Positions 57,128 to 64,000 of a stretch of 64,000 nucleotides of DNA are shown here, piece by piece. Each line of letters starts with the position of its first letter. The stretch's first letter is position 1. The stretch is taken from positions 36,806 to 100,805 of the forward strand of contig JAQYCV010000019.1 in assembly GCA_028724525.1 (NCBI GenBank), in the 5' to 3' direction. Source of the DNA: Clostridiales bacterium (GTDB taxonomy: Bacteria; Bacillota; Clostridia; Saccharofermentanales; DTU023). The notes under the pieces are model-generated. The model was not told the origin of the DNA, did not search any database, and saw nothing but the letters and a program-made list of their open reading frames with translations. Position numbers and translations under genes: made by a program.

Positions 57128-59284
57128 CTAGGCTTTATTTTGAGAGCCGGAGCCGGTCTTGGCCAAGATTTCACTGGCTTCTGTATCCGTTTGTTGGGGC
57201 GAGGCTAAAAGTGTCTTGCCGTAAATGCGCATACTAGCTGGCGCAAGCGTGGTCATCCGGATCAGCGGATCACAAAGGCGCAAGAGATTAGGCAGGAGGA
57301 AGACAACCGCGGCCAGAGAAAAGAGGGCTCCCCTGCCCAAAACCAAGCCTATATCTGACACAACCGGTAAGGATGAGACAAAGGATAAGATATAGCCTAC
57401 CAAGCTCAAGATGAGGGCCGGCGGCATAATCGCAGGCAAACTCAAGGCTATGGCCTCTTGAGCAGCCCATTTGGGGGCCAGAGTCTTGCGGAAATCCATG
57501 TAGTGTTCGGCCGTTAAAATACCATAGTCTACCGTAGCGCCCAGTTGGATCGTCGAGATGACCAAATAGCCAATATAGTTCAAGGGGCGTCCGCCAAAAT
57601 AGATCGCAGAGAGATTGAACCAAATGGCAAATTCAATGGTGAAGACCAAGATGAGCGGTATGGTCAGAGATCGGAAGGTCAGGAGGAGAATTATGCCTAC
57701 AAAGAGGATGGTCAGACCATTGACCAGTTGATTGTCTACCCGGACCAAGTCGCGCATGTCTAAAAGCGAAAAAACTTCGCCCGCCCAGTGGCTATCACCC
57801 TCTGGGTAATAGCGGGCCACCAAGTCTCTTAAATCTTGGGCTGCCGCAAAGGCCTTGGGGCCCTCGCTGGCCAAGTTGGTCTGAATAATCAATCGGCTGT
57901 AGTGCTCACTTTGTAGCTTAGCCAGCTGATCAGCGGGCACAATTTCCGGGGGCAACTCATAGCCAACGCTGCTGGCATAAGCAGACACAGAATCAATATA
58001 GGGCAAGTCAGATAATTCTCGGCACAAGGCCAGTTCCTGTTCTGGCTGCCCCTTGGGCAGGAGCAAGACAATCATTTGCTTGTCACCAAATTGCTCGCGG
58101 ATATACTGTGTCTGTATTTTTTGCTCCTTGGCTCCTGCCTCCGACATACCATAAAGAAAGTTGATCCGGCTTTGGGCCCGATAGAGAGGCAGGGCTAGCA
58201 CAGCAACAAGAATCAGAACCACAGGCGCGATCCGGCCCAAAAGGCGTCCCAAATGCCGCAAGGATTGATGGCTGGGTAAAAAAGACTTATGACTGGTCTT
58301 GTCGATCCACTTATAGCAGAGGCTGCCCAGAACTGGCAGGCACAAGAAGGTAGAAAAAAGGCTGAAAATAATACCCTTGGCTAAAACAAGGCCTAGATCG
58401 GCCCCTAGGGCAAAACGCATAAAGATCAAACTCAAAAAGCCAAAGAAGGTCGTGGCCGCAGATGCAGTGATGGAGGAAAAGGACTTGACCATGGCTTTTT
58501 GCATAGCCGTATCCACATCATCACCCTCAGCCCGGAAGTGGGCAAAACGGTTGAGCATGAAAATGGAATAGTCCATAGATACAGCCATTTGCAGAACCGC
58601 TGCGACAGCCTGAGAAATAAAAGATATTTGTCCAAGGAAAATGTTAGTCCCCATGTTAAAGAGGACAGCAATGAGGACCGTAAAGAGAAAGATAAAGGGC
58701 TCAACGTAAGACCGGGTAGAAAGGACCAAAATTAGCAGGGCCAGGGGGATGGCAAAGAGCATGATTCGGCCAATCTCTTCACCAGCGGCCAGATTGGCCT
58801 GGGCAAATTGCACGGCTTGTCCACTCATGGCCACTTTGCCCCCTACTAAGTCCCGGAGCGCTTGCATGGTCTTGCTGTAATTCTGGGCTTTGACATTGAC
58901 GATATACCGGGCTTGGCCATCTTTAAAGAAGGATTCCCGACTCTCTTGGGGAATAGTCTCCAGGGGCTGGGCCAAGTCATAGAGGTCATCCAGCCAAGTC
59001 ACGGAAAGGACGGCGGGGTGAGCGGCTATTTTAGCCTTCAGGGCTAGGGCTGAGGCCAGGTCTAGACCTTCTACTGCTATATTCAAATTAGGGATTTGTT
59101 CATGAAACTCTTGGTCCAGGACAGTTAAGGCTTTACTAGACGGAACATCATCTGGTAAATACTGAATAATATCGTAGTTAACCTCAACTTTAGTGGCCAA
59201 AAAGCCAGCCAATAGGCCTAGTAAAATAAAGAGGATAAGGATGATTTTCTTATGGTGGAGAATACCTTTAGCAATCTTATTCAT
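57128..59284 (-). CDS. MMPL/RND family transporter
   Basis: VNYD..QYLP, AVSMDYSIF, GATVDYGIL; two TM blocks with extracytoplasmic loops. Confidence 0.9.
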   Translation of the reverse strand: MNKIAKGILHHKKIILILFILLGLLAGFLATKVEVNYDIIQYLPDDVPSSKALTVLDQEFHEQIPNLNIAVEGLDLASALALKAKIAAHPAVLSVTWLDDLYDLAQPLETIPQESRESFFKDGQARYIVNVKAQNYSKTMQALRDLVGGKVAMSGQAVQFAQANLAAGEEIGRIMLFAIPLALLILVLSTRSYVEPFIFLFTVLIAVLFNMGTNIFLGQISFISQAVAAVLQMAVSMDYSIFMLNRFAHFRAEGDDVDTAMQKAMVKSFSSITASAATTFFGFLSLIFMRFALGADLGLVLAKGIIFSLFSTFLCLPVLGSLCYKWIDKTSHKSFLPSHQSLRHLGRLLGRIAPVVLILVAVLALPLYRAQSRINFLYGMSEAGAKEQKIQTQYIREQFGDKQMIVLLLPKGQPEQELALCRELSDLPYIDSVSAYASSVGYELPPEIVPADQLAKLQSEHYSRLIIQTNLASEGPKAFAAAQDLRDLVARYYPEGDSHWAGEVFSLLDMRDLVRVDNQLVNGLTILFVGIILLLTFRSLTIPLILVFTIEFAIWFNLSAIYFGGRPLNYIGYLVISTIQLGATVDYGILTAEHYMDFRKTLAPKWAAQEAIALSLPAIMPPALILSLVGYILSFVSSLPVVSDIGLVLGRGALFSLAAVVFLLPNLLRLCDPLIRMTTLAPASMRIYGKTLLASPQQTDTEASEILAKTGSGSQNKA

Positions 59285-59333
59285 CGTGTGTAAACCGCCC
59301 TGCTCAAACTCGCCTAAGTATAGCACAAAGCTT

Positions 59334-59369
59334 AAAATGCACCGCTTTTACTAACAAAGCGGTGCATTT
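59334..59369 (-). terminator. Probable intrinsic terminator
   Basis: AAATGCACCGCTTT-N8-AAAGCGGTGCATTT perfect 14-bp stem. Confidence 0.7.
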
Positions 59370-59442
59370 CTCTAGCTCATTTCTCTAAAAATTTTACGAC
59401 TTGTTGGCGTCCAGCAGAAGGAGCCCCAGAGTGGCCTTGCTA

Positions 59443-60531
59443 CTAGGGATTCAAATTGGGGACGGTAACTTCCACGGGGCTAGCAGAGGCATCGGGCAAT
59501 GTTTCACCAGGAGAAACTTGTTTGAGGCCGGCGGGAATCTGGAAAGCCTCTTCGTCATAGCGGTTGGAGGCCTCGAAGACCCGGACAGTCCGCACGATTT
59601 TACCATCTTCAAAGCGACGGTGGCCTACAAGAACATCTCCCACAAAGTAATAGCGGACATAGGAGGCGCCATCGGCTGTAAACTCTTCAAAGTTGACCCT
59701 CTGTCCGAAGAAAATAGCAGGGCCTGCACCGGTATTGATAAAATTGCCGGCGTTGGTCTCCAGCTGACGGAAGGCTTCCATGGAAAGTTCATTAGACTGG
59801 GTAGTCAAACCAGGCAGGATCTCGTAGGTCCCTGCGAGGAAGTCCATTTGGTAATAGGTGGAGGCAGAAAGCTGGAGCAAGGCTAAAGCAGAATCCTTGG
59901 TGTCGATCCGCATATAAGCCATATCGTCTTTAAGGGCAATATAAACCTCTAAAGCATCAATATCCTCAGCATCTTGCAGGTCGCCTTCCGAGGGTAGGAC
60001 TGCATAGTGGTAGGTAACGGGATTAACAGAAAGCGTGCGGAAAAAACGCTCCACCCGGGATCCCGCGATGCCACGAATGGGATTGTCCTTGGGGACCGAT
60101 ACGGGTACGGCAGGCTCATCGTTAATCTGGGCATCTTCCAGACGGGCATAAAGAGGAATGCGGGCTTGGGCCGAAAAGGGATTCGTTGGATGATTCAGGG
60201 CCTGGGTCTCGGGCTTTTCCAAATCAATTGCTTGGCCCTCAGTAGGGCTGACCTCCTGGCTAGGACTTTCCTTGAGCTGGTCTTCTCCTGCAAGAGGGTT
60301 GGCGGTCTCGGCCACCGGGTCAGGACCGGTCGTCTCTGCCTGGCCGGTCGGGGCGGAGAAAGAGAAAGCTGTGGACTCCTTGGGTGCAAGGTCCAGGCTC
60401 GAACATGCGGTTAGGCAACTTAGCAGGCATAAGACACACAGGGCTAGACTTCCGTATGAACGAAAAGACCGAGCCGGTCTGCGAGCCTGTGCACTCTCAT
60501 GATCTCTTGTCGTAAATCTATTCATGGCCAT
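59443..60531 (-). CDS. Hypothetical lipoprotein (start uncertain)
   Basis: Hydrophobic stretch ending LTAC lipobox; low-complexity linker; beta-rich C-terminal domain ending F.IP.G. Confidence 0.65.
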   Translation of the reverse strand: MAMNRFTTRDHESAQARRPARSFRSYGSLALCVLCLLSCLTACSSLDLAPKESTAFSFSAPTGQAETTGPDPVAETANPLAGEDQLKESPSQEVSPTEGQAIDLEKPETQALNHPTNPFSAQARIPLYARLEDAQINDEPAVPVSVPKDNPIRGIAGSRVERFFRTLSVNPVTYHYAVLPSEGDLQDAEDIDALEVYIALKDDMAYMRIDTKDSALALLQLSASTYYQMDFLAGTYEILPGLTTQSNELSMEAFRQLETNAGNFINTGAGPAIFFGQRVNFEEFTADGASYVRYYFVGDVLVGHRRFEDGKIVRTVRVFEASNRYDEEAFQIPAGLKQVSPGETLPDASASPVEVTVPNLNP

Positions 60532-60579
60532 TATTATACCCAAAAAAGCCCCTAGCAACTACAGGGAGCCAGTTAGGAT

Positions 60580-62805
60580 TTAATCTTCCTCCTTCGTCTC
60601 CTCAGCTTCCTCTTCTAGGGGGGCCTGGTAGAGGCGGAAGGCAGGTATGTCATCGGGATCATAAGTCTTGTCTAGATTGATGGAGGGGACCTGGTAGCCC
60701 TTGTCCCCGGCTAGCTGGCTCATATAATCCGCATAAAGAGCATGACTACGGTAGGGATCATCAAATTTTTGGGCCTGATAAAAGGTCTGGGCCAGGACGA
60801 TCTGGGCTTGCTTTTGATCGTAACCCACAAACCAGGAGTTAATCATTTGTTGACCCTCGTCATCCAAGCCCAATTCTGCCGTCCCCGACTTTCCTGCCAA
60901 CTCAAGATTGGCCCGGGTCATTTGTTTGGCATATTGGTCAGTCACGACCCTGCGCAAGGCTTGGCGTAGGGTCTCAATTTCATCCTCTTCTAAAAGCTTG
61001 ATACCCTGGTCTTGCGGATTAGCAGCCAAAGGTGTATCTGGCAGGATCAAGGACAAAGGAAGAAGGCGGCCGCCATTCAGCAGGCTGGCATAAATCTCTG
61101 CTAAGTGAATAGGGGTATATAGGACCTCTCCCTGACCATAGGCAGAGTCCGCAAGCAGAACACTTTCCTCTGGCCCTAAATCCCCGTGATTGGAAATTTG
61201 GCTCAGGGCAAAGGGATAATCCTGGGTGAGCGTGCGGCCTAAGCCTAACTCATGCATACCTGCATTAAATGTCTCTGAGCCCAAATCCGAAGCGAGGCGG
61301 GCAAAAAAGATATTATCTGAATAGACTAAGGCCTCTTCTAAGTCAAATTCCTGATCTAACTCTCTGAAACGTGTAACCTGGTAATTGCCCCAGGAGTCGT
61401 CTAGCTGCCACTCTTTGCCTTCAATATACATTTTGTCATCTAAGGTCCATTTGCCGCTGCGTAAAGCGATAATCGCTGTCGCCAGCTTTTGGGTAGACCC
61501 AGGGCTGGTGGCCCCTGCGAAAGCAGGGCTTAACGGTTGCTGGGGATTTTGGGCCAGGGCATTATAGGCCTCCTGGCTGATACCCAGGACAAAATCATTG
61601 GGGTCATAAGAAGGAGACGAAAGCAGGACGAGGATTTGTCCGCTTGCGGGGTCTAGGCCGGACAGAACAAGGTTTTCACCTTTAACCCTTTCATAGAGGT
61701 CTCTTTGAGCGATGGCATCTAGAGTGAGTCTCAAATCTTGACCGTCTTGGGCGGGCTGTTCGTAGAGACTTTTTTCATATTGGCCGCTGATATAGACGCG
61801 AATTCCAGGCTTTCCCCGTAAGCTTTTATCATAGATAGCCTCTAAACCAGTCTTGCCGATGAGGTCCTCATCTGTCAATTCTGCCAGGTCTGGATTGGCC
61901 AAATCTTCTGCGCTAGGCGGGCCAACATAGCCGATAAGCTGAGCAGTCGCCTGCTTGAAAGGATAGTAACGTGAAGTCCGCTCGGCCCAGCTAAGCCCCA
62001 GGCTGTGAAAAGTTTTGTAGTCAATTTTTTGCATATCTGCCACCAGGGCAATGGGTACAAGGCTATCCTCCTTCACCCAGGCTTGGGCTAGTTTGGCCTC
62101 AATGGTCCCTGGCTCGAGACCTAAGAGTGCATTGACTTCAGCTATCTTGGATAGATCAAAATCCCGGGGAACCAAAGAAACCTGGGCCAGGCTACGGTTA
62201 ACAGCCAAGGGCCAGCCAGCCCGGTCAATAATCTCTCCCCGAACGGCGGGCAGACTTTCCACCTGGACTTCGCCCGTGGCTTTAAGTCCAGGCAAAATTA
62301 AGGAGGGAGTCCACTCCAATTGCCAGGCTTGGGCATCAGGATGCCAGATAAAACTTAGCAGAACGGGACCAGAAATATCTCCATACTTGCCGCGCAAGTG
62401 GAGGTCTGCAGAATAGAAAATCTGGCCCGTCTTGGAGACATCCTCTGTGGGGACCAGCTTGTCATAGCGAATTTCCTGGATACCCAGATCCTGATGAATC
62501 TTCGCATTGCGGTCTACAATTTGAGCCTCACCATATTTTTCTAGAGAAAGAGGATAGATATCCTTGAGCAGGCTACGAGTATCGTCCGCCTGGAGGGCCG
62601 CAATTACGCGGTTGACCGTGTCTTGGGGATCAGGCCGGTTATCGCCCTGTTGAGACACAGAGGCAGAAGGTTTTGGACCATCCTTGATGATGTCTTGGGG
62701 ACCGCAGGCAGCCAGGAGTCCACAAGATAAAAATAGGACCAGCAGAGCCCAAATCCGCACGAAAGTCCAAATCGGCATGTGTTTAGGACTGGTAGGCAAC
62801 ATCAC
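60580..62805 (-). CDS. Class B penicillin-binding protein, MecA/PBP5-like (NTF2-like N-domain, dimerisation, transpeptidase)
   Basis: RGEIIDR, R.YP, GKTGLE, SPSYDPN, SPGSTQK, SDNIFFAR, YGQGE, KSGTAE; LAAC lipobox-like N-terminus. Confidence 0.9.
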   Translation of the reverse strand: MMLPTSPKHMPIWTFVRIWALLVLFLSCGLLAACGPQDIIKDGPKPSASVSQQGDNRPDPQDTVNRVIAALQADDTRSLLKDIYPLSLEKYGEAQIVDRNAKIHQDLGIQEIRYDKLVPTEDVSKTGQIFYSADLHLRGKYGDISGPVLLSFIWHPDAQAWQLEWTPSLILPGLKATGEVQVESLPAVRGEIIDRAGWPLAVNRSLAQVSLVPRDFDLSKIAEVNALLGLEPGTIEAKLAQAWVKEDSLVPIALVADMQKIDYKTFHSLGLSWAERTSRYYPFKQATAQLIGYVGPPSAEDLANPDLAELTDEDLIGKTGLEAIYDKSLRGKPGIRVYISGQYEKSLYEQPAQDGQDLRLTLDAIAQRDLYERVKGENLVLSGLDPASGQILVLLSSPSYDPNDFVLGISQEAYNALAQNPQQPLSPAFAGATSPGSTQKLATAIIALRSGKWTLDDKMYIEGKEWQLDDSWGNYQVTRFRELDQEFDLEEALVYSDNIFFARLASDLGSETFNAGMHELGLGRTLTQDYPFALSQISNHGDLGPEESVLLADSAYGQGEVLYTPIHLAEIYASLLNGGRLLPLSLILPDTPLAANPQDQGIKLLEEDEIETLRQALRRVVTDQYAKQMTRANLELAGKSGTAELGLDDEGQQMINSWFVGYDQKQAQIVLAQTFYQAQKFDDPYRSHALYADYMSQLAGDKGYQVPSINLDKTYDPDDIPAFRLYQAPLEEEAEETKEED

Positions 62806-62828
62806 TATACTCTGGGCTTTAGCCCTAT

Positions 62829-63908
62829 CTAATAGGCAGACTGTAAAAGCTTGCGCATGAGATCTTGAGGGCTGAGGCCGGCCAAGGCCATCAACTTGCT
62901 GTACATGCTAATTGCTGTAAAGCCTGGCATGGTATTAATTTCATTGATCAGGAAGGCTTGATCTTCTGCGCGCAGGAAAAAGTCTACCCGAGCCAAGCCA
63001 CAACAGTCAGCCAGGCGGAAAGCCTGGGCAGCCATGCTACGAATCTCCGCATCCTGATCAGGGCTGAGACTAGCGGGCAAGACCAGCTGAGACTGAGAGT
63101 CAGAGGCATATTTATCCTCGTAGTCGTAAAAGTCATGTCCAGGCAAAATCTCCCCTGGTGGAGAAACAATGAGCTGGCCATCTGTATCCTCTAAGACAGC
63201 CACTTCCAACTCCCGGCCCACGACCGCATTTTCCAAGATCAGCTTGGAGTCAAAAGAAAAAGCCAAGTTTAAGGCCTGGGCAAGCTTGGCAGGATCTGTG
63301 ACCTTGCTAATGCCGACCGAAGAGCCTGTGTTGGCAGGTTTCACAAAGAGGGGGAAGCAAACTCCTCTGGCCTCCATTTCTTGACTCAAGTCATCCATAT
63401 TGGGGAGGCTTGACTGGCGTTTGAGGCTTAGCCAAGGGGTCTGGGCCAAATGCCCTTGGTCAAAGATCATATTGGCATAGGCTTTATCCATCATCAGAGC
63501 AGCAGATAAATACTTGCAACCAACATAAGGGACGCCTAGCACTTCCAGGAAACCTTGCAAGGGGCCTCCCTCTCCATCTTGGCCATGTAGGACAGGGAAG
63601 AAAATATCAATAGGCTGGTCAGAAGGCATTCGGCCAGGCCTAGCAGGCTGGCGGCGGTAGCCCTTGAGGCTACCAGGCAAGAAAGCAATGGGCTGTACGA
63701 ACTGAGGATCTGCCAACCACTCATCTGTAGGAATGCGGTCATCCGGACCATGGTATTCATAGAAGATGCCAGACTGGCTGATCCCTAGGAGAAAAATCTC
63801 ATATTCTGCTAGCTGGCGGCATTGGGCCAAGACATTAGCAGTAGAGAGCAAAGAAATAGCGTATTCAGCAGATCGGCCGCCGAATAGGATAGCTAAATTT
63901 TTTTTCAT
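62829..63908 (-). CDS. ddl: D-alanine--D-alanine ligase
   Basis: FGGRSAE, FPVLHG, FVKPANTGSSVG, FYDYEDKY, ARVDFF, NEINTMPGFT. Confidence 0.95.
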   Translation of the reverse strand: MKKNLAILFGGRSAEYAISLLSTANVLAQCRQLAEYEIFLLGISQSGIFYEYHGPDDRIPTDEWLADPQFVQPIAFLPGSLKGYRRQPARPGRMPSDQPIDIFFPVLHGQDGEGGPLQGFLEVLGVPYVGCKYLSAALMMDKAYANMIFDQGHLAQTPWLSLKRQSSLPNMDDLSQEMEARGVCFPLFVKPANTGSSVGISKVTDPAKLAQALNLAFSFDSKLILENAVVGRELEVAVLEDTDGQLIVSPPGEILPGHDFYDYEDKYASDSQSQLVLPASLSPDQDAEIRSMAAQAFRLADCCGLARVDFFLRAEDQAFLINEINTMPGFTAISMYSKLMALAGLSPQDLMRKLLQSAY

Positions 63909-64000
63909 ATTTTTCCTTACTTATGTTTAAGAGTAACAGTTCTAAAATTGGCTTTTATTTTTTCGAACATAAACGAGCATCTCTGTGAGCTGGCCTTCTA

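Noticed and set aside
60519-60560. Leaderless transcript for the lipoprotein gene (TATAAT 7 nt before ATG at 60525)
   Set aside because: No well-spaced -35 or extended -10, and the gene could be read through from the PBP gene; too weak without TSS data
62829-63908. Van-type D-Ala-D-Lac ligase
   Set aside because: Omega loop FYDYEDKY fits D-Ala-D-Ala ligases and no vanH/vanX/vanRS genes are visible

Overview
A ~50% GC chromosomal window from an anaerobic Firmicute (Clostridia-like; lineage inferred from gene content only), mostly minus-strand housekeeping and cell-envelope genes: CBS-pyrophosphatase, tRNA-Ser(CGA), htrA, hprK-murB-rapZ-whiA, mntP, FMN riboswitch-ribU, trxA, tadA, plsC, hflX, DEAD-box helicase, murJ, murE, cdaA-glmM, a PBP2a-like PBP and ddl. 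It carries a methylaspartate glutamate-fermentation cluster (two-subunit Fe-S hydratase, glmS-glmL-glmE, mal) followed by an uncharacterised P-loop/AlaX-like protein and citG. No prophage, CRISPR or intact transposase is visible. Most notable: (i) a ~190 bp repeat in three copies with helically phased 20-bp motifs, one copy inside a 433-bp IS30-like miniature element with an 11-bp flanking direct repeat and two copies forming inverted arms around an XRE gene; (ii) the P-loop/tRNA-editing-like protein beside the methylaspartate pathway; (iii) a membrane pseudokinase with a LysM domain; (iv) a CdaA-YbbR fusion followed by a degenerate amidase; (v) a MurE with a non-DAP specificity motif. All calls come from motif recognition by eye; no database searches were run.
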